Of a stretch of DNA of 64,000 nt, positions 1-13,633 are shown piece after piece; the first letter of the stretch is position 1, and each line of letters opens with the position of its first letter. A model generated the notes under the pieces. The model saw only the letters and a list, made by a program, of their open reading frames with translations. It did no database searches and was not told the DNA's origin. Both the position numbers and the translations under genes were made by a program. Origin of the DNA: the human T2T-CHM13v2.0 reference genome, Homo sapiens; assembly GCF_009914755.1 (NCBI RefSeq), contig NC_060931.1. One strand, 5' to 3'.

Positions 1-385
1 TTTTTGAACTATCTGTTCATGACCTTTGCCTATTATCCTTCGGATGTATTTGCTTTTTATTACTATTTTGTGGCTGTTTTTTATACAGGAGTGATATGTT
101 TGATGTTGCAAATACTTTTCCAGGTTCTCATTCACTTTATCATTTCATGTTTTTTTGACATATAAGAGACTTTCATTTTGCATAATCAAATTTGTTAAAC
201 TTTTCCTTCATTATATGTCCCTTTGGTTTTATATCGAGGAAGGCCTTTCTGGGCCTACTATGAAATAATTCATTTATACTTTCTTCTAAGTATTTTATGA
301 CTTACATTTAATATTATTTCTATATTTAACCCATCTGAAATGCATTTTGTATACAGAATTGGAGAGAGCTAATCATGTTTTTTTC
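1..385 (-). mobile_element. Old L1M fragment (ORF2 3' region), antisense
   Basis: Degenerate match to antisense L1 ORF2 motifs (tctgttcatgacctttgcc; tttaacccatctgaaatgcattttgtatac). Confidence 0.55.
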
Positions 386-446
386 AGACAAAAGTATTTT
401 AACACGTCAAGTTTAAACCATAAACACTTTTCGGATTAATTTTTTT

Positions 447-1678
447 CCATAAGTTTTTGGGGTGGAGGTGGTATTTGGTTACATGAGTAAAAGAAAACTA
501 CTGACTGATATCCTTGATCAACACAGATGCTAAACTCCTTAACAAAACACTAGCTAACCTAATCCAACAACATATCAAAAAGATAGTCCACCATGATCAA
601 GTGGGTTTCATACCAGGGATGCAGGAGTAGTTTAACATACACAAGTCAATAACTGTGATACACCATATAAACAGAATTAAAAATAAAAATCACATGATCA
701 TCTCAGTAGGTAAGAAGTATTCGACAAAATCCAGCATCCGTTTATGATTAAAACTTTCAGCAAAAATCGACATACAAGGGACATACCTCAATGTAATAAA
801 AGCCATTTATGACAAACCCACAGCCAACATAATACTAAATGGGGAAAAGTTGAAAGCATTCCTTCTGAGTACTGGAACAAGACAAGGATGCCCCCTCCCA
901 CCACTTCTCTTCAGCATAGTACTGGAAGTCCTAGACAGAGCAAACAGACAAGAGACAGAAATAAAGGGCATCCAAATCGGTAAAGAGGAATTCAAACTGT
1001 CACTGTTTGCTGAAAACATGATCATTTACCTTGAAAACCCTAAAGACTCCTACAGAAAGCTCCTAGAACTGATAAAAGAATTCAGCAAAATTTCCAGATA
1101 TAAGATTAATGTACACAAATCAGTAGTTCTTCTATACACCAACAGTGACCAAGCAGAGAATCAAATAAAGAACTCAACCCCTTTTACAATAGCTGCAAAA
1201 AAAAAAAAAAAATACTTAGGAATACAGCTAAACAAGGAGTTGAAAGACCTCTACAAGGAAAACTACAAAATGCTGCTGAAAGAAATCACAGATGACACAA
1301 ACAAATAGAAACACATCCCATGCTCATGGATGGGTAGAATCAATATTGTGAAAATGACCATACTGCCAAAAGCAGTCTACAAATTCAAAGCAATCTCCAC
1401 CAAAATACCACCATTATTCTTCTTCACAGAATTAGAAAAAACAATTCTAAAATTCATATGGAACCAAAAAAGAGCCTGCATAGCCAAAGCAAGACTAAGC
1501 AAAAAGAACAAATCTGGAGGCATCACACTACCTGATTTCAAACTATACTGTAAGGCCATAGTCATCAAAACAGCGTGGTACTGGTTTAAAAATAGGCACA
1601 TAGACCAATGGAACACAATAGAGAACCCAGAAATAAACCCAAATACATACAGCCAATTGGTCTTCAACAAAGCAAACA
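447..1678 (-). mobile_element. 5'-inverted L1PB-like insertion: ~45-bp antisense 3' end (447-490) plus inverted ORF2 segment on + (491-1678)
   Basis: ccataagtttttggggtggaggtggtatttggttacatgagtaa is an antisense L1PB 3' terminus; ORFs 850-1308 and 1330-1695 translate to L1 RT (QGCPL..LLF, LFAENM); TSD gattaattttttt at 434-446 and 1679-1691. Confidence 0.85.
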
Positions 1679-1684
1679 GATTAA

Positions 1685-1968
1685 TTTTTTTTTGACCCAG
1701 TATCTCTTTCTGTTGCCCAGGCTGCAGTGCAATGGCATAATCTCAGCTCACTGCAACCTCCACCTCCCAGATTCAAGTGTGCTTCAGCCACCTGAATGCC
1801 TGGGATTACAGGCATGCACCACCATGCCTGCCTAATTTTTTTATTTTTATTAGAGACAGGGTTTCATCATATTGCCCAGGCTGATCTCCAACTCCTGGTC
1901 TCAAGTTATCCATCAGCCTCAGCCTCCCAAAGTGCTGGGATTACAGGCATGAGCCTCTGCACCCGGCC
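1685..1968 (-). mobile_element. AluJ-like
   Basis: Antisense dimeric Alu ending gcacccggcc; ctcaagt diagnostic of J subfamilies. Confidence 0.85.
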
Positions 1969-2034
1969 TAGATGTATTATTAATGCATTATTATTAATGT
2001 ATCCTTTCATACTAACAACACCTAAGTTGTTTTT

Positions 2035-2117
2035 AACATGTACTAACATTTCCTACTTTTTAAACATGTAGTAGTATATCCTATCATTTAAACATGTACT
2101 AGCATATCCTATCTTTA
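2035..2117. repeat. 28-bp tandem repeat x3
   Basis: aacatgtactaacatttcctac / aacatgtagtagtatatcctatc / aacatgtactagcatatcctatc starting at 2035, 2063, 2091. Confidence 0.85.
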
Positions 2118-2289
2118 GGCTCCTTTAATATAGAGTCAAGGTTCTCCTTCTCCTTGCTTCCCATGCTACCAGCACTATAAAGTAAGAGAATCAACAAAAC
2201 ATCCTATATTATAAAGAGTAGTTTGACGTTTTGGCTCTATGTAGAACACATCAATTATATCTATAATATATTAATTTAAAAAGTGAACT

Positions 2290-2562
2290 CAATTCCTCTA
2301 GCTATTGAAAAAGATTTGCCCCAGAAGTCTTTTCTGAGTCCTTAGTCCCACTCTCCATCTGAATGTGATACCTCTCCTGTGTGTTTTCCAAGACCTCTCA
2401 ACGTATCTGATCACAGCCCTTATCACCTTATATTTCTGACTTACTAGTCAGTCCCCCAACTAAACCAAAAGAATTTCAGAAGAACTATGTCTCAGATATT
2501 TTATCACTATCACCTAGCTCATAGTAAGCAGTCTGTAAATATTTGTTAAATAAATGAATGAG
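2290..2562 (+). mobile_element. L2 3' end fragment
   Basis: Ends with L2 tail gtaaatatttgttaaataaatgaatga. Confidence 0.55.
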
Positions 2563-4277
2563 TACAAGACTACAAGACTTTTAATTCCTTTCAGGCCTGC
2601 CAGTGACTAACGATTGCAACAGTGAATAAGTCACTTAACATTTTAGACTGTGGTGAACAATTCAGAAATCAGTAATTTCTTAGCACAAAGATCTCTTAAG
2701 ATTTTTCAATCTCAAAATTCTATGATGACATGACCTGTATCCCCAGAAACCAATTTTACACACCCTGCTGCTACATCTCTTGCTTGGTAATATTCCCCTA
2801 TCCCCACCAGTCTGACCCTTCCAGACTTCCTTGACCTTCTCCAGCCTACCCCACTGTCCATTTAAAATGTTCTCACCTTGTGCTCCTTAAGGCTTTTCTA
2901 TGGATCAGCCATCTATATCTGTAGTCTGAACAACAGTGCATTTTACTGTACCTTCCCCATGTTAAATTTGTGTGTAGATATACTGCATGGCTTATTCAGA
3001 AGATATCGGTGATGTGAAATGCTTAGGTGTGAGGTTAAAAAGGAGCTCTCAATCTCTTGCTTACCCCATAGACTTATCTTTGGAAATGCGTATGACATTA
3101 GATCAATGACTGCATCCTACTCTAAAACAAAATGCCTCAAGAGTATTAGTATTATTTTATAATTTTACAACTTTTCTTGTTTCCATAATGATCAACAGAA
3201 GTGACATGATTTTGCAGTCATGCCAAAAAAGAAAAAAAAAAGGATTATACTGATAATCTCTTCCCAAATATATTCTGGTGAGGAAAGGTTTATTTTGTTG
3301 CTTTTTGCTTTTTGTCATTTCCTTGCTCTAGTTTAGTTGTTTTTAATATTTCCATAAATGTTGGGAGTAAGTTTACTTTGGACAGAACAGATTTGCTTCT
3401 ATTTTTAAGAATTTGAGAGCATGTGGTGAGATTGTTTATCTTGTTGAAATACCCCAAAAACTCAGCCTCTTGATCTAAAATGCAATCCAATAAGTTATAA
3501 CATGAGTTAAGGTTAATCTGTAAATAAAATACAATTCCAATTTGCTAGTGAATACTTACCTGTAAATACTAAAGACAGTATTTTAACTCAAACATTTTCT
3601 GATTGCCAACCTATTCTAAGTGTTATGGGGGAGCAAAGGCAATTAAAGTCAATTTTCTGCCTCCAAGGAGTGTATTCTGATTAAGACAGACCTGTGCTTA
3701 ACTAACAATAACACAAGGCAGAATATGGTTCTTTAAAGAAAAACAAATCCTGTAGTAGCAAAAGAATTTTAGCATTAAAATAATATATAGATAAGTAGGA
3801 TTAAAACTGCAGTTCTAATACCTTTCCAAATTTCAATGTACTTCTTTGAATAAGAGAAAAATTAACCAGTCATGTCCTTTCCAAAGAAACACTACAGATT
3901 ACACATCCTGTAGCACTCTGGAATTATGGGCTCTGACTGGTAGTAGACTACTACTTCTGTTCAAGAGGTTCTTTAAATATTCACGAAGTCTGATTGAGAA
4001 AAATGTTAAGCAAGTCATGGTCATACTGAGCAATTCAACTGGTAAACCACGGACTGCATAGCTACGTTCAACATCAGATGGAAGGAATAACTTGAGAGGC
4101 TATTAAGGAATAGAATTAGGAAGACTATAGGCTCATTATTAAACCATTATTTATTTAGCACTGCCAACATTCCAAACACAGTGGTAAATGCAAGACTGGT
4201 GAATACAATCCATAAAAATATTCTCTGAGAGACTGTTTATCATGTTATAAATTCAAGGTTTTAAAAAAATAATAGAA

Positions 4278-4434
4278 GCCAGGTAGGGTGGCATGCATCT
4301 CTAGTCCCATCTACTCAGGAGGTTGAGGCAAGAGGACTGCTTGAGCCCAGGAGTTCAAGGCTGTAGTGAGCTACGACTGTGCTTGTGAATTGCCACTGCA
4401 CTCCAGGCTGGACCACATAGCAAGACCCCATCTC
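4278..4434 (+). mobile_element. FAM (fossil Alu monomer)
   Basis: Single monomer retaining the 7SL-like segment gcttgtgaattgccactgcactcc absent from dimeric Alu arms. Confidence 0.75.
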
Positions 4435-4437
4435 AAA

Positions 4438-4477
<40 letters not shown>
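4438..4477 (+). repeat. (AAT)n microsatellite from the FAM tail
   Basis: About 13 AAT units. Confidence 0.95.
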
Positions 4478-4734
4478 TTAAGTTAGGAAAAAGCAATCCT
4501 CCATTCATTCACAATGTACATGTCCTATATATTCAAATTAAAACCAAGCAAAAGCCTTCTGTTCTGAAACTAACTTTCTATGAAACGCCCAACTTGTATT
4601 CCCAGCAATATCAAGTTTCCTTATTCATCTCTATAGATTACCTCATATAATGAAATGGAATCATCCTTTTCCAGAATTAAGATGCTGCTTTTATCACTTT
4701 ACTTGCTCAAAAACCTTAAAAGCTTTCATTTACA

Positions 4735-5030
4735 GATGGGCACGGTGGCTCACGCATGCAATCCCAGCACTTTGGGAGGCTGAGGCAGGCAGATCACCTG
4801 AAGTCAAGAGTTCAAGACCAGCCCAGGCAACACAGTGAAACCCCGTCTCTAATAAAAATACGAAAATTAGCCAGGCGCAGTAGCATGCACCAGAAGTCCC
4901 AGCTACTCGAGAGGCTAAGGCAGGAGAATTACTTGAATTACCAGGAGGCAGAGGTTACAGTGAGCCAAGATCGCACCACTGCAATCCAGCCTGGGTGACA
5001 GAGTGAGATTCTGTCTCAAAACAAAACAAA
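4735..5030 (+). mobile_element. AluS
   Basis: Full dimer; TSD aaaagctttcatttac (4718) / aaaagcttcaatttac (5031). Confidence 0.9.
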
Positions 5031-5209
5031 AAAAGCTTCAATTTACTATAAAATCAAATTAAAAATCCTCAAGGTGGCATTCAAGAATCTGCATATCTGT
5101 ATATTAAAACTATTTCCTAATACCTTCACAATGGAAATTTTCTGTTCCAGACACATTGCCTTCATAGTTCCACGAACACATTATATATATTTATGTCTAT
5201 TTACATCTA

Positions 5210-5870
5210 TTCTTTCTTTTCTTTCTCTGAGACAGGGTTTCACTCTGTCACCCAGTCTGGAGTGCTGTGGTGCAATCTCGGCTCACTGCAGCCTTGACCC
5301 CCCCCCCCCACCCCGCCAGGCTCAGGTGATCCTCCCACCTCAGCCTCCCAGGCAGCTGGGACTACAGGTGCAAGCTACCACGACCGTGATATGGTTTGGC
5401 TCTGTGTCCCCACCCAAATCTCATCTCAAATTGTAATCCCCACATGTTGAGGAAGGGACCTGGTGGGAGGTGACTGTATCACAGGGCGGTTTCCCCATGC
5501 TATTCTCGTGATAGTGAGTACTCACGAGATCTCATGGTTTAAAATTGTTTAATAGGTCCTCCCCCCTCACTCTCTCTCTCTCTCTCCTGCCACCACATAA
5601 GACATCCACTTTGCCTTCCACCATGATTGTAAGTTTCCTGAGGCATTTCCAGCCATGTAGAACTGTAAGTCAATTGAACCTCTTTTCTTTATAAATTACC
5701 CAGTCTCAGGTAGTTCTTTATAGCAGTGTAAAAACAGACTAATACAGCCCAGGTATATATATATATATATATTTTTAAACAGGGTCTCACTTTGTCACCC
5801 AGGTTGGTGCAATCACACCTGCAATGTTGGTGCAATGTACCAGGTTGGTACAATCACTGCAGCCTCAAGT
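5210..5870 (-). mobile_element. AluJ-like element split by a THE1 LTR
   Basis: Right arm 5210-5386 resumes at 5747 (gcccagg, (TA)n, acagggtctcact). Confidence 0.65.
5387..5746 (+). mobile_element. THE1D/MSTA-like MaLR solo LTR
   Basis: tgatatggtttggctctgtgtccccacccaaatctc ... gactaataca; degenerate 5-bp TSD gaccg/gccca. Confidence 0.9.
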
Positions 5871-7944
5871 AGTAAGTATTCAAAATATATGTTTTGTTTA
5901 AAGGGGGTCAATAAAATAATCTAAGTCAACTATTTTATTTATTACACATGAAGAATCACAGGAAAAAAGTTAAGCAGCTATTCCAAATTACATAGTTTGA
6001 AAGCTACATCCCAAACACAAAACCCAATATTTTTTGGGTTGTAAAGAATCCTGCAGAGGATTGTGAAAGGGTAGAAGTGAGGATCCCTTTCTGTGTAATA
6101 TTGTTAAAGTTGGGATCCTTTGATTACATGATAGCTTGAATTCTAAATACAGAGATGCCATCAGTTAAATATAAAATAATATTGGGGCAAAATTAGCCAT
6201 GCCACTTGGAAGTCTTTTGAAAGGTTTGTGTTTATTTTTCTAACCTATATATTACTGTAAGAGGCATACTTGGAACAACCCCCCCACAAACACATATACT
6301 AATTAACTAATCCAGCAGCGGCATAACACACAGGGAGTTTTATCCTTTATGAAGGCCTGGCATATGCATCACATTTAACACAGCCCTAGCTCACAGTACT
6401 TTATCTACTTGGCTAGAAAACAAATGGCCACAGAAATTCATGCTAGTCAATCTATTTTTTATATATTTTGGAGTAAAAAGGATGTAAATTCATCTGAGTA
6501 GATAACTAGCATACAAAGAATTCAGGTTGAGTGTGCTACAATTAAAAATGGTCACCACAAGAAGCTGAAATATTAGGAGTGTTCAGGGGCATTACTGAGA
6601 GTCTTCAAGCAAAAAGGGTTTTCCCAGCTGTCACTGTAATTACAATGAAAAAATTTTACTTCCTAAGGATTTCATCTAGAACACATTATACATAACAGAA
6701 TATACATGCATTCAAATGTAATAGACACATAAGGAATACCAATTTTGACTACCTTCTTCCCACAAATCACAAGCGACCTCTGAGCACAACTCTCAAGACT
6801 TTTAAATGCTTTCTGGAACTCTTTTTCCATTTAGAAATAAGTAACTACATACAACAGTTCACGGAAAACTCAACCACTTAACTATTTCAGTGAAAACAGG
6901 TAGAAAGAAAGTCTATAAACTATACTTTTTATCCATTTGAAAAAATTTAAATTTGGAAAGGAATCACTTCATTCTTAAGGTCCCAACACCCTAAAAATAA
7001 AGTTTATTCTAAATTTTCACATTTGTCAAAGACAATAATATCAAGCAGTAGCCCACAATTCCCTAAAGGAATGATGTCAATTGGTATTTCTTAAATTAAT
7101 TCAGTGACCTACAGTAATGTGAGTTCTTGGTACATAATGTCTGTCAGTAGGCAATACAAAAATTTCAGAATCACTTCTGGTGTCTGAACTCCAAAATGCA
7201 ACCCAAAAAATGTGTCTAAAGTAGTTCCTTAATTCCTACTTCACCTTGCATCTGTTACTTATAGCAACGTCAGAAAAATAAAAATTACACCAGGTGTAGA
7301 TTGCTAGAACTACAGTTCTACAAATTAAATACAGTACAAATTTAACCAAGACTTCTGGTAACATACAATCAGTTATCTTTCTGAGCTAAGACATTACAAG
7401 TCTGTAACTCCTTTTACCGACTATGGTTTAGTGAGTTTCACATGTGCTTACACAGCTCATTTTTAGTTACTTACTAGACAATGTGCAATGGTGTACTTTT
7501 ATAAAAATTTCAAAGGTCTCAAGAAATGGAAATACTCAAATTTAAAGGATTTATCTGTTATCTCTGAACTCTCTTTCTCTGCTTTTACTGCTCCCAAGTA
7601 TACAGGCACCACGAACACAGAGACCAGCTAAAAGTTCAGGAACAGAAAATTCCAACTACATCATCTTAACAAATAACCCCACACATTATAGTTTAAAAAT
7701 AGCATATTTGAAAAAAATGCACTAAAAATTATTATTAGAACTTCACACTCAAATCTCTAAAAAGTTATGAACATTTTATATTGTAATACACATAAATTCT
7801 AAAGAATATCAAAGTATAATATCAGAGAAACAATATGTGTAAGATTATAAAAGATTAGAGTATTATCTGTTTGGATTTTTACATGAATTATTTATGCACT
7901 TAAAAACATAGTTGAAGTGAGGAGAAACATAAATGATAACCTAA

Positions 7945-9067
7945 TCACATTCTCTGAGTTTCCCTCCTAGGTCACTGGCTGCTCCTTCTCATTTTCCTGA
8001 CTCCCATTATTCCTAACCTCTAAGTGTTGGACTACCCTAGGAGGGGTATAGGACTTTTGTCTTTCTCTATTCACTGTCTAGGTCACAGGTCAGTAAACTC
8101 TACCTGCAGACCAAATGTAGCTTACCACCTATTAATTTTTATAAATAAAGTTTTATTGGAACGCAGCCACACCCATTTTCTTAATTATTGTCTACAGCTC
8201 CTTTCACAATACAAGGTAAAAATTGAATAGCTGCAACAAGGACTAGATAGTGCTTCTGATCCTTTACAGAAGAAAAATTGCCAATCTCTGTCTAGGTGAT
8301 CTCACTAAGGTGCATAGCTTTAAATATAATGTATATCCTGAAAATTACCCAAATTCTATCTTCAGTCCTGACTCAGATATGAATGACAACTTCTCTACAT
8401 TATATTTGGATGTCTTATAGGCATACAAATTTAACATGTCTAAAAGGTAAAATTTGCTTTCTACCACCCCTGCCACTCCTTTGCCTCTTGTATCTCAATA
8501 CACAATTTCCATTCATCCAATTGCTTAGGCCAAAAACTTCAGAATCCTCCTTGATTCCTCTATTTCTCTCATACTCCATATCCCAGCCATCAAAAAAGTA
8601 CATCTTTAAAATATATCCAGAATCTGGCCACTTCTCAGCCACTCCAATGCTACCACCCTAACTCAAGTCACAACCATTTTCACCTGGACTATTGTAGTAG
8701 CCTCCTTACTGGGTCCCTATTTCTGTTCTTGGTCCCTTACACTCAATTTTTACAGAGCATCTAGAGTGATCATGGAATTCCATTACTGAAAACACTTCAA
8801 AAGCCATGCAAGGTGTGGCCTCTTGTTATATTCTACCTTTCCTCCCTCTTACTGACTCTGGTCACTCCCCACATGGTCTTTTACTGTCAAGCATGGTCCT
8901 GCCTTAGATCTTTGCATTTGCTCTTCTGTCTGGAAAAGTTTCCCCCAACTTATCTAGGTGGTTTAATTCCTCATTTTATTCAGGTCTCTGATCAAAGATT
9001 ACCTCAAGTTAGAGGTCTTCCTTAATCACTCTCTCTAAATTAGTGACTCCTATCAATTCTATATCCC
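7945..9067 (+). mobile_element. L2a fragment
   Basis: L2 motifs (ctaggtgatctcac, ttcacctggactattgtagtagcctcctta); interrupted by MER58A. Confidence 0.75.
8084..8290 (+). mobile_element. MER58A-like hAT-Charlie MITE
   Basis: ataaataaagttttattggaacgcagccacaccca core; flanking tctaggt duplication. Confidence 0.8.
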
Positions 9068-9365
9068 TGTTAATAGGTGGATTCCCTAGAAAACAGGCTC
9101 TAAGATTCTGGGATTTGCATGCATTTTGGGGAGTGCCCTTAGGAACAACATCTGAAAGGGAGTGAAGGAAGCAGGACAGGCAGAGAAAGAAGCTGAATTG
9201 CAGTGTGGTTCTAACAGAGGTTTAAGCCACAGGAACCTCTGCAGTGGGTATAGTTTTTGAAAATTATCCCACATGAGGAAAAGAGACAGGGTCTTTGAGC
9301 CGACATATACATAATGAAATTCCCAGTATCCCCAGAGTTGGGGTGTAACCTTGAGTAAGACACAT
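9068..9365. mobile_element. Old ERVL-class LTR fragment (LTR16/LTR33-like)
   Basis: ggattccctagaaaacaggctctaaga...ggaagcaggacagggcagag motif. Confidence 0.55.
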
Positions 9366-9377
9366 AAATATGTGTTT

Positions 9378-10140
9378 TAGGGAAATGCAAATTAAATCCA
9401 AAATAAGATACTACTTTACACACACTAGGATAGCTAAAATCAAAAAAGATAAAAAATAACAAATGTTGGTGAGGTTGTGGGGAAAATAGAACCCTCATAC
9501 ACTGCTCATGGGAATGTAACATGGTACACACAGCAGCTCCGGAAAACAGGTTTGGCAGTCTCTTCAAAAGTTAAACATAAATATATCACACAACTCAGCA
9601 ATACCATACCTAGAAATCTGCCTAAGAGACATGAAAACATATATCTACGGAAAGAATTATAAAAGCATATTCATGGTATTATTCATAATACCTAAAAGCA
9701 ACACAACATAAAAGTCTAGCAAATGGTGTGTGGATTAACAAAATGAGGTGCATCTAAACAAAAAATAATATTCAGCAAAAAAAAGAACAAAATACAGATA
9801 CATACTGTAACATGGATGAACCTCAGAAACATTACACTCAGGGAAAGAAGCCAACACAAAAGACCATTTATTGTGTGATTCTTTTTAAATGAAATATCCA
9901 GAAGGGGAAAATCAATAGAAATACAAAATAGATTACTGGTTGCCTGGAGGTAGGGGTAAGAAATAACAGTAAGTGCAAATGGCCATGGGGAGTATTTTCA
10001 GGATGATTAAAACATTCCAAAATTGGATTACAGTGATGGCTGTACAACCCTATACATTCACTATATCATCAATTTCTATACTTAGCATGAGTGAATTTTA
10101 TGAAATGTAAATTACATATAAATAAAGACATAAAAAAGAA
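9378..10140 (+). mobile_element. L1MB/L1ME-type 3' end
   Basis: gggaaatgcaaattaaa ORF2 C-terminus and L1M 3' UTR. Confidence 0.8.
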
Positions 10141-10184
10141 AAATAAATATTACTGGCTGATTCTTAAATTGACTAATAATAATG

Positions 10185-10370
10185 GTGACAATAACTACTA
10201 CTCACTGAAAATTTGCTTAGGTTCAAGAATTGTTCTGAGTGCTTCATTTGTATTAACTCATTTAATCTTCAACACAATCCTACGAAGCAGGAACTATTTT
10301 ATTCCTATTTCAGAGATGAGATAACTCAGGCATGGGAAAATTAAATAGCATGCTCAAGGTCATAGAACTA
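10185..10370 (-). mobile_element. MIR
   Basis: ctcatttaatcttcaacacaatcctacgaag...gagatgagataactcaggc. Confidence 0.75.
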
Positions 10371-13300
10371 AATATATATTAATTAACTTATAAAAATAAA
10401 ACATTCTACCTTAAATGCTAAGCAACAGCACTTATCTAAAACAAACCAAAAAAGTAGAAGATAATACCATATGTGTACATACATGGTAAGTTCCCTGTAA
10501 GTAGCGTATTTAAGATTTTCCAATAAGTGACCAACTTGCAACACTTCTGATTATCTGTATAGCCATTGAAACAAGTAATAAGTATAATATTTATTATAAG
10601 ACAGCTTGGCCAGTACTTGGTGCATATTCAGTGAGAGACTTAATTACTGTAGACAAATATAAAGAATGCTCATGATCTAATCTACTGAATCACTATGTTC
10701 ATACAGACACAGAAATATCACTATGGGTACACATAAATACAACTTTATTCTGCAACAGTCACGCATAAACACACACACAAACTCTAAGTCACACAATCTC
10801 TATAATAAAGATTTTTCTAGTGCATCATGTCACAGAACTGCAAGCATATCATTTTGTTCCTGTAACTGAAATGTACAATGGGACAAGATGAGATGACAGT
10901 GTGTTTTATCTTTTTCATATGAAAGTTCAGTAATAAATTTCACATGGCAGTAAGCCAATATGAATGAAATACTTGGAGATACTAACTTCTCATGTATCTA
11001 CCAATAAAACACTCTCAAATTTACAGATACCCCTAGAAAAGACAGCTGATAACCACATTGTATGTAGTTAATATTTTTTTTAAATATGAAGGCATATAAA
11101 TGATCAGCAAGCCTGACATTTAGATATTTGACAACAATGTATTTTAAGCAGTCTAATAAAACACAAAGCACAGATGTAGAGGAAGGAAGATATGTAACTA
11201 AAACCACATTCACCTTCAATTCCTTTGCAGACTAGCACTGAAAAACCTACATCAGCACTTTCTGTCTAGATGATATATTGATACAAAGCTAGAATAAAAA
11301 TGGTGATAAAAAGTACCATTTGTAATTGAAAATAAATGTTGCTAAGTGCTGACAAGCTTCTGTCAGTTAAATTGTTTTTATTTAGAAATATTTTGCATTT
11401 CCTCTATTATTCTTAAGAAACTTTGTAATTAATTTTTGTTCCAAATAATGTTTTTGTGTATTGATTACACAAACTAGTAATATTTACATTTAAGACATCC
11501 ATTTAAAGTTGAAGAAACCATTTCATAATAGAAAGCCAATTCCTACCCTTAATTCTCTTAAAATTTAACGTCCACCTAGAAAGCAATGCATCAGTAATAA
11601 ATTTATGATTCAATATGGTTATCAGCCCACAGCTAAAAATTTGCAGATCTGTATAACCAAGCATATTAAAAGTCCCCATGGATAACATATAACCATGAGT
11701 AACTCTCATAATTCAACATGCACTACAGTAAGAACCATTACAACTGCATGTTTTCATTGTTAGGTCCCAATCCATTTTTAAAAGAAGCTGTACATGTACA
11801 TCACCAACTTGCACATACATGCAAGTAAAATTAAATTACCTAAAGGGTATCTTCTGAAAAACCTGAGAGTTTTTTTTAAGACATCAGTATAACCTTGGTT
11901 AAATAATCTTATGGTCTCTATATAAAGATTTGAAATTTCTGAAAATAAAAACATACAGTAACATAAAGCTTGCTTCTAAGAGTAGCCAGATTCAATATTC
12001 AGATTTAGAAAAATTACATTCATTAAATTTAAGTGAAACAAATAATTATGCTGAACTTCTACAGGATTGCCCTCAAAATCCTATACATAACTAGAAAAGT
12101 GGACAAAATATATAAAGCTATTTCAGATAGTGGACCAATGGCAGAAGAGGCATGTGATTATTAACAAAAGGGAAACAAATCAGGTGATATCTAAGACTGC
12201 CCCTATTCCAACCTAGATGCAAAGTCCAAACTGTGGTATAAGAATGGGGAACTCAGAGCCTCATGGTCCAAATAAGTTGAGAAACAGATTAGAGTTTGAA
12301 GACACTGGGATGGCTGGAATTTGTGGGACATATTAAAGATAAAAAGAACGCTATGCAGAGATTGGCATAAGAATACTCATGAGGCTTTGAATAGGAATCT
12401 GTGCTGCATAGGGTGAAACTCCAAGCAGCCAAGTGAAAAATAGCAGGAAAAGATCAATTTCAGGGGAGTTATAAAGTGAACAATTCCAAGAATGAAGAGC
12501 CCTTGTTGTTGAATACCCAGAGTATTCTGTAGAGACTCCAGAAAGCTCATGCCTTAGTAGTGAGTCTAAACTAGCTCTAAAGATTACCCTAGATCATCCT
12601 TGAAAAGCACAAAAATAGCCTTGAAATGAGCAGGCTGATCTGCAAATAATTTAAATGCCTACCAAAAAAGTGGAGGGTGGTGGGGAGAGAGACCATTTAA
12701 AAGAAAAACCAAAATGTAATTAGTACTACATTAGTAACCAAAAAGAAAAACCAATGTAAATTAGTATGTACATTGTTCAAATTCAGCTGAACAATGTAAA
12801 TACTAATATTCAATGCCTAACAGTGAAAAAAAAAATTAGAGACAGACAAATAAAAGGGAGGAAAATGTTGCCCACAACTAGGAGAAAAATCAGTCAATAA
12901 AAACAGATCCAATTAACAAAGATAACAAAATTAACATTAAAAGGCCTTAAAACAGCTATTAAAATAAGTTCAATAAGATTAAAGACTTAAAGGAAATATG
13001 AACATAACGAGAAGACAAAGAGAACATATTGAGAATCACCAAATTAAGTGTCTAAATATTTAAAAATATTTTTGATACGAAAATGTTGCAGATAAGACAC
13101 TACAGAAAATATCAGTGAAGCTGGAAACATAGCAACATAAATTATTTTAAACAAAGTATGAAGGAAGAAAATATTTTAAAAATAAACAGTCTTGGTAACA
13201 TGTGAGGGCAACAACAATCTAACATTTTTATAATTCAAGCACTAAAATAAGAGGAAAGAGGTCAAGAAAATATTTAAAGAAAACATGCCCCCAATTTTTC

Positions 13301-13633
13301 TGAATTTAATAAACAATATCAGCCTACAAATCCAAGAAGTTCAACAAAGCCCAGGAAGAATAAAGAAAAACCATGACATGATATAATCAAATTGCTAAAA
13401 AAAAAAAAAAAAAGTAACAAAGAAAAAAATCTTAAAAGTACCCAGAAAAAAAGGCACATAATATAGGAGTAAATATAATAACACATGTCTTGTCAGAAAT
13501 TATGCAAGCTGGAAGGAAATGGAATGACATTCTTAGAGTGCTGTTAGAAAAAAACTGTGAGACTAAAAATCATACAGCCAGATCAAATATTTTTCAAAAA
13601 TGAACACAAAGGCAAAGATGTCATTACCGATAT

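Noticed and set aside
2035-2117. CRISPR-like repeat array
   Set aside because: Head-to-tail minisatellite with no spacers, in primate DNA.
4278-4434. 7SL RNA gene
   Set aside because: Lacks the S domain and is diverged; fits a FAM monomer.
12699-12774. ~34-bp near-tandem duplication
   Set aside because: A-rich slippage inside an old L1; unremarkable.
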